From positions 366 to 64,365 of the forward strand of contig CAXFSR010000049.1 of the NCBI GenBank assembly GCA_964005815.1: DNA of 64,000 bases, read 5' to 3'. Both the position numbers and the translations under genes were made by a program. The notes under the pieces were generated by a model, which was not told where the DNA came from, did not search any database, and was given only the letters and a program-made list of their open reading frames with translations. This DNA comes from an uncultured Nitrospinaceae bacterium. Its GTDB lineage: Bacteria; UBA8248. Position 1 is the first letter of the stretch. Every line of letters starts with the position of its first letter. Shown here piece by piece: positions 40,246 through 49,050 of the stretch.

Positions 40246-41388
40246 GTGGATTTTGAATTTGATGAAAAACAGAAATTAATGCAAAGAACTTTAGATGATT
40301 TGCTCAAAAGAGTTTGTCCCCAAGAATATTCTATGGAATGTGACGAAAAAGGCGAAGCACCAATGGAAGCCTATAAAGAAATGGCTAAAGATGGATGGAT
40401 TGGGGTATCTACTCCTGAAGAATTTGGGGGTATGGGAGGAAATGAAATTGATATGTCTATAGTTTTAGAAACCGCGGGACATCATTATCTAGATTTGGGA
40501 ACTATGATTTTTCGGAATATCTGCTATGGATGTGATGCAATCTTAACAAGTGGAACTCCAGAACAGAAGAAAAAATTTGTAACTTCAACCGTCAAGGGAG
40601 AAACTTACTTTGCATTCAGTTTAACCGAACCCGATGCAGGCTCTGATGCTGCTTCTATTATAACCCGAGCAGATAGAGAACAGGACGTTTTCAAAATTAC
40701 TGGAACGAAAAATTATACTTCTGGCATGCCTATAGCTACAGATGTTTTAGTTGCAGTCAGAACAAACAAAAACGCAAAAAAACATGAAGGAATTACCAAC
40801 TTCATCATCCCTGCCGATAGAGAAGGTATTGAATGGAAAAAACTGCGTTTGATGGGACATAGAGCAATGGGAACATGTGAAGTTCATTACAATGGTGTCG
40901 AAGCTTCAGAAACAGAAATTTTAGGAGATCTAGATGATGGATGGAATGGATTAATGAAATACATTACAACAGAGAGATTATGTCTATCTGCAGCCAGAAC
41001 AGGTGCTGCAGCAAGCGCTCTAAAAATGGCGATAAAACACGCTCAAGAACGGCATCAATTTGGAAGACCTATTGGAAAGTTTCAAGCTGTTAGCCACATG
41101 ATTACGGAAATGCATACTCTAGTAGATACTGCTCGATTGCAAGTTTATAGATTTGCATGGCTTGCCTCCCAAGGTCATGCTGGGAGGTTAGAAGCTGCCA
41201 CCCTAAAACTATACGCTGCTGAGGCCTATAAAAAAGTTGCAGATTTAGGTGTACAAGTACTAGGAGGATATGGATATAGTGCAGAATTTCCAATGGAAAG
41301 ACATTATAGAGATGCGCGCCTTGCGACTATTGGAGCAGGTTCAAGTGAAATTCAAAGGAATATTATTGCAAAGGAATTAGGACTGTAG
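40246..41388 (+). CDS. acyl-CoA dehydrogenase
   Basis: 380-aa ACAD fold (three domains). The C-terminal GGYGYSAEFPMERHYRDARLATIGAGSSEIQ matches the ACAD signature. Confidence 0.85.
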   Translation: MDFEFDEKQKLMQRTLDDLLKRVCPQEYSMECDEKGEAPMEAYKEMAKDGWIGVSTPEEFGGMGGNEIDMSIVLETAGHHYLDLGTMIFRNICYGCDAILTSGTPEQKKKFVTSTVKGETYFAFSLTEPDAGSDAASIITRADREQDVFKITGTKNYTSGMPIATDVLVAVRTNKNAKKHEGITNFIIPADREGIEWKKLRLMGHRAMGTCEVHYNGVEASETEILGDLDDGWNGLMKYITTERLCLSAARTGAAASALKMAIKHAQERHQFGRPIGKFQAVSHMITEMHTLVDTARLQVYRFAWLASQGHAGRLEAATLKLYAAEAYKKVADLGVQVLGGYGYSAEFPMERHYRDARLATIGAGSSEIQRNIIAKELGL

Positions 41389-41426
41389 TAACTATTTATA
41401 ACAAATTAAAATTTCAGGAGTAATAA

Positions 41427-41894
41427 ATGGCTTTAGATTTAAAAGTTTTAGAAATGGATTTCCCTGAATTTGAAATTTTAGTTGAAAGAGGAAAAATAAG
41501 AGAATACGTCTCTGTTTTGGGACTGGAAGACCCTGTTCATTTTGATGTTCAGGCGGCAAAAGATGCAGGGTATAATGATCTGTTAGCACCAGCAACATTT
41601 ACTAGACAGTTCTGGCATGAAAATAACGAAAATGACCCTATGCAACATTTAGGTTATGACCCAAAAAGAAGACTGCATGGGGAACAAGAATTTGAATATT
41701 TCAAACCCTTGACTGCTGGAATGACATTGAAAGGAAAAAACGTGATCGTCTCCCACAAAGAGAAAGAAGGAAAACGGGGTGGAAAAATGACATTTGTTGT
41801 CATTGAAACTAAATTTTTAGACGAAAATGGGGAACTAGTCCAAATCGCAAGAAGGACTTTGATTGAAACCGCGGCTCCCCCTAAAAATAATTAA
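41427..41894 (+). CDS. MaoC-N-like hotdog protein (non-catalytic partner of a heterodimeric R-specific enoyl-CoA hydratase)
   Basis: 155 aa, MaoC_dehydrat_N/HadA-ChsH1-like. About 60% identical by eye to the ORF at 43992-44441. Confidence 0.7.
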   Translation: MALDLKVLEMDFPEFEILVERGKIREYVSVLGLEDPVHFDVQAAKDAGYNDLLAPATFTRQFWHENNENDPMQHLGYDPKRRLHGEQEFEYFKPLTAGMTLKGKNVIVSHKEKEGKRGGKMTFVVIETKFLDENGELVQIARRTLIETAAPPKNN

Positions 41895-41908
41895 AGGAAT
41901 ATATTAAA

Positions 41909-42334
41909 ATGACATTTGTTAAAGAAGAAATTCTCTGGGAAAAAATAAATGAAGGTGATGAAAAAGAACTCACTGTTGGACCAATTACTAGAACGGATTT
42001 AGTGAAATATGCAGGTGCTAGTGGAGACTTTAATCCTAATCATCATGACGAAATCTACTCTATACGCTCTGGTTTCGAAAAACCATTCGCACACGGAATG
42101 TTACAAGGAGGCATCCTAAGTCGTCTAATTACAGATTGGTTTGGAGTAGAAACTTTACGATATTTCAGACTTCGTTTTAGTGCACAAACCTGGCCAGGAG
42201 ATACAATAAACTGCAAAGCAAAAGTAATTAATAAAATAGAAGAAGAAAACTCCATAGAAATAGAAGCAGAAGCAACAAATGCAAGTAATGTTCTCTTAAT
42301 TAAAGCGAAAGCGAAAGTAGAAATCAAAAAATGA
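41909..42334 (+). CDS. MaoC-like (R)-specific enoyl-CoA hydratase, catalytic hotdog subunit
   Basis: 141 aa with the motif GASGDFNPNHHDE. Paralog at 43552-43995. Confidence 0.75.
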   Translation: MTFVKEEILWEKINEGDEKELTVGPITRTDLVKYAGASGDFNPNHHDEIYSIRSGFEKPFAHGMLQGGILSRLITDWFGVETLRYFRLRFSAQTWPGDTINCKAKVINKIEEENSIEIEAEATNASNVLLIKAKAKVEIKK

Positions 42335-43533
42335 AATTTTTACAAGATTACAGGATAATAGATTTAGGCCAAGTAATTGCAGGAACAATCGGAGGACTTA
42401 TTCTTGCTGATTTTGGTGCAGATGTAATAAAGGTTGAGTCCCCTAGTGGGGATATAGGCAGGAATCCTAACATAGCAGGTGTAGGAGACGTTTCGGGAAT
42501 TTTTCTTACTTTTAATAGAGGAAAAAAGGGTTTAGTCATAGACCTAAAAAATGAAGAAGGAAAAAAAGTTTTTCTTGATTTAGTTGCTGTATCTGATGCA
42601 GTTATCGCTAATTTCAGACCCGGCACACTTGATCGCCTTGGGATAGGTTTTAAAGAAATGAAAAAACACAATTCCGAAATAATTTTTGTTGACTCAAGTG
42701 GTTATGGTGAAGAAGGTCCCTGGAGAGATAAACCTGCTTTTGATGTTGTTGAGCAGGCCATGAGTGGTCATATGGCTATTACAGGAGAACCTGGTGGACC
42801 ACCATTAAGAAATGGCTCTCCAACTGCAGATATTTCTACTGCTTTATACACTGCTATTGCATGTATGGCTGGACTCCTTGGAAAACAAAAAGGAAAGGGA
42901 GCAAAACATTTTGAGGTTCCTATGTTTGATGTCCAACTATCTATGCTTGGTTACATCTCAACTATGTATCTAAATAATGGAGATATTCCTGAACCTCCAG
43001 GTAGTGCACATGAATATATGGTTCCTTATCAAGCATTTCCAACTGCTACAATCCACATTGTTTTATCTCCCAGGGAAGAAAGATTTTATAAGAAAATGTG
43101 TGAAGTGATGAATATTCCTGAATACGCAACAGACCCCCGATTTCTAACAAACGATTTACGTGTCAAAAACAAAAATGAGCTATTACCAAAACTGAAAGAA
43201 ATATTGCTTCAAAAACCTGGAGAAGAGTGGTGTAAACTATTTGAAGCTGCAGGAGTCCCTGCAGCTCCCGTCAATACTCTTGACAGAGCACTAGACAACG
43301 AACAAGTTGAGCAAAGAGGTTTGATTAAAACTTTCAAATACCCTGGATCGGGGGATGTGAGAGTGGTTGGGAACCCAATTATGGACATGGGCAGTGAAAA
43401 AAGTTCTACATGTGAACCTGCTCCTATGCACGGAGAACATACGATAGAAATTTTGAGAGAAACCCTCGGATATCAAAAAGAGAAAATTGATTCGCTTCTA
43501 GAAAATAATGTTGTTCAAACCGAAAAAAAATAA
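42331..43533 (+). CDS. family III CoA-transferase (CaiB/BaiF/Frc family)
   Basis: 400 aa with the N-terminal IIDLGQVIAGTIGGLILADFGADVIKVE signature. Start overlaps the hydratase stop. Confidence 0.85.
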   Translation: MKFLQDYRIIDLGQVIAGTIGGLILADFGADVIKVESPSGDIGRNPNIAGVGDVSGIFLTFNRGKKGLVIDLKNEEGKKVFLDLVAVSDAVIANFRPGTLDRLGIGFKEMKKHNSEIIFVDSSGYGEEGPWRDKPAFDVVEQAMSGHMAITGEPGGPPLRNGSPTADISTALYTAIACMAGLLGKQKGKGAKHFEVPMFDVQLSMLGYISTMYLNNGDIPEPPGSAHEYMVPYQAFPTATIHIVLSPREERFYKKMCEVMNIPEYATDPRFLTNDLRVKNKNELLPKLKEILLQKPGEEWCKLFEAAGVPAAPVNTLDRALDNEQVEQRGLIKTFKYPGSGDVRVVGNPIMDMGSEKSSTCEPAPMHGEHTIEILRETLGYQKEKIDSLLENNVVQTEKK

Positions 43534-43551
43534 GATTCAAAAATCAAGTTT

Positions 43552-43995
43552 TTAACCTTCGGGGACTGCAGTTAGTGTCCCCTGAACTAGCTTAATTCCG
43601 TTTTGATTGTTTACTTCTGCGTCTATTTCTATAATATTTTTACCCGATTCTTCATACTGCTTTACTACTCTACCTTTACAAGTAAGCAAATCGCCTGGCC
43701 AAGCCTGAGAGACAAAACGAATTTCAAATCTTCGAAAAGAGGTGGGACCAAGATTCTCAATTAACATTCTCGATAGATAACCTAATGAAAGAGGTCCCAT
43801 AGCAAAAACTTTCTCAAAACCACTTCTAATAGCAAAAATTTCATCATGATGATTAGGATTAAAATCACCCGAGGCTCCAGCAAAACGAACAATATCAGTA
43901 CGAGTTATAGGACCAACGTCCAGAGAAAGTTCCGTTCCAGGTGTTAATTCATTGGATTTTTTATACATTCGTGCCATAGAATCTCCTTTTGTCAA
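43552..43995 (-). CDS. MaoC-like (R)-specific enoyl-CoA hydratase, catalytic hotdog subunit (paralog)
   Basis: 147 aa. The GASGDFNPNHHDE motif is repeated here. Confidence 0.75.
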   Translation of the reverse strand: MTKGDSMARMYKKSNELTPGTELSLDVGPITRTDIVRFAGASGDFNPNHHDEIFAIRSGFEKVFAMGPLSLGYLSRMLIENLGPTSFRRFEIRFVSQAWPGDLLTCKGRVVKQYEESGKNIIEIDAEVNNQNGIKLVQGTLTAVPEG

Positions 43996-44441
43996 CCTGT
44001 TTCAATCAGAGTACGAAAATCTATTTGAACAATCTCCCCATCTTCGTCTCTAAATTCTGTTTTAATTACCACAAAAGTCATTTCACCTCCTTTTCTTCCT
44101 TTTTTTACTTCCGAGGATACAACAGAATTTTTTCCAATTAGCTTCATCCCGGCAAAAATTGGTTTGATGTATTCAAATCTGTATCCCCCTAAAAGTCTTT
44201 TTCCTAGATCAAAACCAAGATGACGCATTGGATCATTATCATCGTTGTCAAACCAAAACTGTCTCGTGAAAGTAGGAGGTGCAACCAAATTTGGATAGCC
44301 AGCCTCTTTCGCAGCATCCACATCAGTATAAACAGGATCTTTTAATCCTAAAGCTTTGGCATATTCACGAATTTTGCCTGTTTCTACAATAAATTCAAAT
44401 TCTTTGAAATTTCTGTCGAGAACTGACTTATCGAAAGGCAT
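43992..44441 (-). CDS. MaoC-N-like hotdog partner subunit (paralog)
   Basis: 149 aa with a 4-nt overlap with the downstream catalytic subunit. Strongly similar to 41427-41894. Confidence 0.7.
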   Translation of the reverse strand: MPFDKSVLDRNFKEFEFIVETGKIREYAKALGLKDPVYTDVDAAKEAGYPNLVAPPTFTRQFWFDNDDNDPMRHLGFDLGKRLLGGYRFEYIKPIFAGMKLIGKNSVVSSEVKKGRKGGEMTFVVIKTEFRDEDGEIVQIDFRTLIETG

Positions 44442-44483
44442 AACGAAATCCTTTTTAAAAATATATTATTCTAATTAATATAT

Positions 44484-44924
44484 TTAATCAGTAAGATTAA
44501 CTACATTTCCATTGATTTTTAAACTACTTTCAATTTCTACAGGGTTTTTTAAAGTCCACTCCGCGAAACAACCACCTTTTGCATTTTTAGCAAGTTTTAT
44601 TACCTCTTCTGGAGAAGCATCAGAATCAATAGAAAGAAAAGAACGAAAACTATTGCAACCGCTTTCAACTGTCCCTTTTAAAACAGAACCTCTCAAGAAA
44701 AAATCATATTCAATCCTGCATTTTGCTTTCTTAAATGGTATTTTCATCATGTGCGCGTACCGCGCAACTTGGGTCAAAAGTCAAAAACCCACACCAAGTG
44801 CAAAATAATTTAACGGTTGTGGATACTCTCCGTCACCTCCTAATCTCGCTGGTTCATCACAATAAATTTCAAAATCTCCACTCTTCCCAACTTTTAGTTG
44901 TCCTTTTCCTTCTATGGTTTCCAT
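44484..44924 (-). CDS. OsmC/Ohr-family peroxiredoxin-like protein with in-frame UGA (candidate selenoprotein)
   Basis: ORF-track entries 44781-45101 and 44484-44777 are in the same frame, separated only by a TGA at 44781-44783. Read through, they give ...GDGEYPQPLNYFALGVGF-U-LLTQVARYA...AKNAKGGCFAEWTL. This resembles OsmC (NPEELIGAAHAAC59FSMAL ... KAGC125PVSQVL), with the UGA at the peroxidatic-Cys position. The start is uncertain: Met at 44924 is preferred, because the longer ORF to 45101 overlaps the SNase gene. Confidence 0.6.
44748..44768 (-). promoter_or_regulatory. candidate SECIS hairpin 3' of the OsmC-like UGA
   Basis: mRNA reads UGA-CUUUUGACCCAAG-UUGCGCGGUACGCGCAC. There is a GC-only stem GCGC(G)/CGCGC with a GGUAC/GUA loop about 14 nt after the UGA. 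This is a conspicuous GC block in an AT-rich gene. Confidence 0.4.
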
Positions 44925-45043
44925 CTCTGCCACTATTGTATTTACGTATCCTTGAGCGGGATGCTCTGGTTGATCGATTACCCTCTTTCCTGGGACATTA
45001 CTTTGATCTGCTGCAGTTGTCGGCTTCAAAACGTGAACTCCTT

Positions 45044-45553
45044 TTAAAAATTTAAGAAATCTTTTATCTTCTTTTTTCTTCTTAATTTCCTCCATTTCCA
45101 AGGAGGAAGAGGATTACTATGACTCCAAACTCCTATCTTTTTTTTTCGCGCTTTCGATTCTGCTTCTGATAAACTTAAATTATTTTTAGCGTATTTTTTG
45201 TACCACCAACAAAGCCCTTCAGAAACAAGTACTAATCCAAGATCAATATTCCCTTGAAAAAATACTTTTCCTATAACTCTGCCATAACGATCATACCCTT
45301 TACCCACAACTTTTACCTTCTTTTTAAAAATCAATTCTTTCACTCTTCTTTTTGCACTTACTCCACCCAATTGTCTTATCTCAGGACAATCGATTCCAGA
45401 TAATCTTATTTTAAATTTCTTAAAATTTTTCCTAAGATGAATTGTGTCTCCGTCTGGCACAAAAGATACCTCACCAAAAAAAGTTTCAGAAAATAGAATA
45501 CTAGGTGTGAAGAAAAAGAAAATCAAAAAAACAAAATATAGAAAGAATCTCAT
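45044..45553 (-). CDS. secreted thermonuclease (SNase-like) family protein
   Basis: 169 aa with an N-terminal signal peptide. DGDTIHLR...RLSGIDCPE...DRYGR matches staphylococcal-nuclease fold catalytic residues. The C-terminus is Lys/Arg-rich. Confidence 0.7.
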   Translation of the reverse strand: MRFFLYFVFLIFFFFTPSILFSETFFGEVSFVPDGDTIHLRKNFKKFKIRLSGIDCPEIRQLGGVSAKRRVKELIFKKKVKVVGKGYDRYGRVIGKVFFQGNIDLGLVLVSEGLCWWYKKYAKNNLSLSEAESKARKKKIGVWSHSNPLPPWKWRKLRRKKKIKDFLNF

Positions 45554-45681
45554 TAGTATCTCTCTTCTAATAAAATAAGTTTGAAGTATTATATTTCATT
45601 TAAAAATTTTAAGTACCCTTAGTAAGTTCAAAAACACTTCTGTTTTTTAAAAGTTGAAAAAAAATTATTTTTCATATAATT

Positions 45682-46185
45682 TTGAATTATTCATATTTTT
45701 TTAAAGGAGAAGCTATGAATTTTTACAAAATATGTTTTTTAGCTATTTTATCGTTTAGTTTTCTAGCAAATCCCTTTTTTGTCGAATCGGCATATGCACA
45801 TAAAGGAAAAAAGAAATCTCGTAAAATGCTTTTAAATTTGGCATTACGACACAGCACAAGAGTAGGTCTTAATAAATCTCAAATTTCAAAGTTAAGAAGT
45901 TTAAGAACAAATTTCAGAAAATCGAAAATAATGAATAGAGCTAGAATACGAATTATGAAAATAGATTTAAGTTCATTAATTCGAACTGAACCTATGAATA
46001 TGAAAGAAATTCAAAAGTTAGTTCAAAGAATCACGTCACAAAAGGAAATTATGTGGATATCTTTAATTAAAACAATTGCAAAAACAAAAAATATTTTGAC
46101 TAGCAAACAATTAGAAGAAATAAAAAAAATCAGAAAAAGAATGCGAAAGAGAAGAACAAGATCTCGAAAAAAAAGAACAAGATAA
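45682..46185 (+). CDS. periplasmic LTXXQ-motif protein (Spy/CpxP/ZraP-like), tentative
   Basis: 167 aa with a signal peptide (FLAILSFSFLANPFFVESAYA), two LxxxQ/LTxxQ motifs (LNKSQISKL, LTSKQLEEI) and a very basic C-terminus. Confidence 0.4.
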   Translation: MNYSYFFKGEAMNFYKICFLAILSFSFLANPFFVESAYAHKGKKKSRKMLLNLALRHSTRVGLNKSQISKLRSLRTNFRKSKIMNRARIRIMKIDLSSLIRTEPMNMKEIQKLVQRITSQKEIMWISLIKTIAKTKNILTSKQLEEIKKIRKRMRKRRTRSRKKRTR

Positions 46186-46228
46186 AATTCGAAAAGAAAA
46201 AGTTTTTTAAATTTTTATTGGAAATTTA

Positions 46229-47941
46229 ATGGGTATAGAACTGCAAAAAGCTTCATGTGATGTTTTAATCATAGGCGGCGGTGTCGCAGGTATGCTAGCA
46301 GCTATTGAAGCTAAAAAAGAAGGTGTTGATGTTATTCTGTTAACAAAAGCAACTTTTCCTTCTGGTAGTTCGTCCATGGCACGCGGCGGATTTTCCAGTG
46401 CACTAGGACACCAAGACAGTAGAGATAACCCGAGAGTACACTGGAAAGATACAATAGAGGGGGGTTATGAAATAAACAATCCCAGACTAGTTGAAGTGAT
46501 GACTGAAGAAGTTATCGAACGTACTTTTACTATTGATTCTTGGGGCTTGGGATTAGTTAAAAAAGAAAACGACAAATACGATCAACGAAAAAGTGCAGAT
46601 GATACATACGCTCGTTTTCTACATTGTGCAGGAATGATCGGAAAACCTTTGATGTCTTCTTTGTCAAAAAAAGTTACAGATTCAGGAATACAAGTTGAAA
46701 GTAATGTTTTTATTATTGATCTAATCTTAGACAAAGACGGGGTTGTATCTGGAGCTTGGGGAATAAAACATAAAGAAGATATTGCCATGCTCATTTCTAG
46801 TAAGAGCACCGTACTTTGTTCAGGAGGAGCACCACAATTACACGAAGTCAACGACTCTCCACCTCAGGTAACCGGAGATGGATACGCCATGGCCTATAGA
46901 GCAGGTGCAGAACTTATTGATATGGAAATGATTGACTATCAGCTTATGACTGGATGGCCTAAAAAGATGATAGGTTATAACCCTTATGCAACTGGATTCA
47001 TTAGAATTGGTTCACATTTAAAGAATAAAGATGGCTTCAGATTTATGCAAAAATGGAACCCAAATGCACCAGATCTAAATTATGAACAAACAACACGTTC
47101 GCTTTTTAATAGAGGCGTAGGGTTTGAGATTTTTGAAGGTAGAGGAACAGAACATGGAACTGTATATATGGATGCATCACATTGCATGAATATAGATCAT
47201 GGAGGAGAAATAGAGATTATTAAAAGAGCTTTTAGGAATGGTGGCATTGATATTACTAAAGAACCTATGGAAGTTTGTAGTGGACCGCATACTTTTTTAG
47301 GAGGAATACGAATTGACGAATTTGGAAGAACCAATGTGCCAGGTTTATATGCAGGCGGAGAGGCAGGTGGAGGAATTCATGGTTCAAATCGTCTTTCAGG
47401 AGCTGCACTTGCAGACAGTTTTGTCTTTGGATCACGTTCAGGAAAATTTGCAGCACAAGACTCAAAAAAGAATCATTCTAAAAATGGTATAGAAATAAAT
47501 GTGTCAGATAAACTTTCTTCACTATTTGACAGAATTAAAGATTCTGGGAATATGAGTGCTAAAGAATTCCGTCTTTCTCTTCAAAAGAATGTTTTCGATA
47601 ATCTGGGCCAAATTAGATCAGAAGAAAGATTGCAAGTCGGACTCGAAAAATTGGATTCCCTCAAAAAGAATTCCGTTTCTATAGAAAAGGACAAAAAGAG
47701 ACCTACGTCTAAAATAAATGAAATAAAAAGTGTCATTGAAACTGAAAATTTAATAGATGTTGCAAAAATGCTTGGAACAGCAGCATTAGAAAGGGAAGAA
47801 AGTCGGGGAGGCCACTATAGATATGACTTTCCAGAAACAGATAACGAAAACTGGAAAGCAAATATAATTGTCTCTAAAAATATTGCAATCGATGAAATTA
47901 AAACGAAAATTAATCAGATTTCAAAAAACGGTTCAAGATAA
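46229..47941 (+). CDS. FAD-binding oxidoreductase of the SdhA/FrdA/AprA (FAD_binding_2) family, stand-alone
   Basis: 570 aa. N-terminal DVLIIGGGVAGMLAAIEA dinucleotide fold and the C-terminal ESRGGHYRYDFPETD motif. No adjacent Fe-S or membrane subunits. Confidence 0.75.
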   Translation: MGIELQKASCDVLIIGGGVAGMLAAIEAKKEGVDVILLTKATFPSGSSSMARGGFSSALGHQDSRDNPRVHWKDTIEGGYEINNPRLVEVMTEEVIERTFTIDSWGLGLVKKENDKYDQRKSADDTYARFLHCAGMIGKPLMSSLSKKVTDSGIQVESNVFIIDLILDKDGVVSGAWGIKHKEDIAMLISSKSTVLCSGGAPQLHEVNDSPPQVTGDGYAMAYRAGAELIDMEMIDYQLMTGWPKKMIGYNPYATGFIRIGSHLKNKDGFRFMQKWNPNAPDLNYEQTTRSLFNRGVGFEIFEGRGTEHGTVYMDASHCMNIDHGGEIEIIKRAFRNGGIDITKEPMEVCSGPHTFLGGIRIDEFGRTNVPGLYAGGEAGGGIHGSNRLSGAALADSFVFGSRSGKFAAQDSKKNHSKNGIEINVSDKLSSLFDRIKDSGNMSAKEFRLSLQKNVFDNLGQIRSEERLQVGLEKLDSLKKNSVSIEKDKKRPTSKINEIKSVIETENLIDVAKMLGTAALEREESRGGHYRYDFPETDNENWKANIIVSKNIAIDEIKTKINQISKNGSR

Positions 47942-47952
47942 ATTTTTTTAGC

Positions 47953-47978
47953 AAAATAGGATTGTTACCTATTTTTTT
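47953..47978. terminator. putative bidirectional rho-independent terminator
   Basis: AAAATAGG-attgtta-CCTATTTT is an 8-bp perfect stem followed by a T-run (TTTTTTTGA) on the plus strand. It overlaps the stop of the convergent minus-strand gene. Confidence 0.35.
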
Positions 47979-49041
47979 GAATATACTTACAAAGAACATC
48001 CCCAACTTCCTTTGTTTTTAAATTCCCGCCAAGATCTCCCGTAACCGATTTCTCTCTAATTGCGTTTTTCACAGCACTTAGAATAATGTCTGCCGAAGCA
48101 TCATAACCCAATGAACCAAGAAGAATACGAGCAGTAAGAGTTGTTGCGAATGGATTGGCAATACCCTTCAATGCTATATCTGGTGCAGTTCCATGAACAG
48201 GCTCAAACATAGAAACTTTCCCAGGGTGTATACAACCTGAAGGAGCCATACCAACTCCTCCTACAAGACCTGCACACACATCACTTAAAATATCCCCATA
48301 CATATTATTAGTAACAATTACAGAAAACTCTTCAGGATGTTGGATCAGATCCATACACAAAGTATCTATAAAATAATGTTCCCCTTCCACTTCAGGGAAC
48401 TCATCGTTAATTTGCCAGAAAACTCTCTGCCATAAATCATGTGCATGGACTAGAGAACCAAATTTGTCAGCCATCGTTACTTTTGGATAGTTATGTTTTT
48501 TTGCATATTCAAATGCATATCTACATATCCTTTCTACTCCCTTAAAAGTGTTCACATCCTCCTGAATTGCTACTTCATCTTTTGTTCCCTTTTTGAAATT
48601 TCCTCCAAGCCTAACCATCACTCCCTCAGTATTTTCTCGCATTACTGTCAAATCTATAGGAACTTCTTTTCGAAGAGGACTATAACTAGGATCAAATAAA
48701 AAAGCTGGCCGTAGGTTTACGTAAAGATCTAACTCTAAACGAAGTGCCCTAAGAAGATCTCTACAATTTACGTCTGGAGGAATACGAGGATCTAAACCTG
48801 CACTACCAAATAAAATAGCATCATGTTTACTTGCAAGATCGTGAACTAACGCGGGAACGTCCTCTGGAAGAGGCGAACCTTCATCAAGATATCTCAATGC
48901 TCCATAGTTATATACTGTAGGATCTACTTGAACTTCATCTGCTAGGGCTGCCTCTTTCATTACTTCTGTCACAACAGGCAAAATATCATGACCAACTCCG
49001 TCACCCAAGATGACTGCTAATGAAAGCTTTGTCTCATTCAT
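47965..49041 (-). CDS. isocitrate/isopropylmalate dehydrogenase-family enzyme (tartrate/D-malate dehydrogenase-like)
   Basis: 358 aa. NMYGDILSD substrate/metal motif and the N-terminal AVILGDGVGHDI. Confidence 0.8.
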   Translation of the reverse strand: MNETKLSLAVILGDGVGHDILPVVTEVMKEAALADEVQVDPTVYNYGALRYLDEGSPLPEDVPALVHDLASKHDAILFGSAGLDPRIPPDVNCRDLLRALRLELDLYVNLRPAFLFDPSYSPLRKEVPIDLTVMRENTEGVMVRLGGNFKKGTKDEVAIQEDVNTFKGVERICRYAFEYAKKHNYPKVTMADKFGSLVHAHDLWQRVFWQINDEFPEVEGEHYFIDTLCMDLIQHPEEFSVIVTNNMYGDILSDVCAGLVGGVGMAPSGCIHPGKVSMFEPVHGTAPDIALKGIANPFATTLTARILLGSLGYDASADIILSAVKNAIREKSVTGDLGGNLKTKEVGDVLCKYIQKNR

Positions 49042-49050
49042 TTTTTCCCT

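Noticed and set aside
44925-45101. Long N-terminal extension of the OsmC-like ORF, starting from the TTG at 45101.
   Set aside because: It overlaps the 3' end of the SNase gene by 57 nt and would place the conserved Cys/Sec far too deep in the protein (about residue 107 vs about 59 in OsmC). An internal Met at 44924 gives canonical spacing.
45100-45112. Plus-strand AAGGAGGAAGAGG as a ribosome-binding site for an unannotated plus-strand gene.
   Set aside because: No plus-strand ORF follows. The sequence lies inside the SNase coding region on the minus strand.
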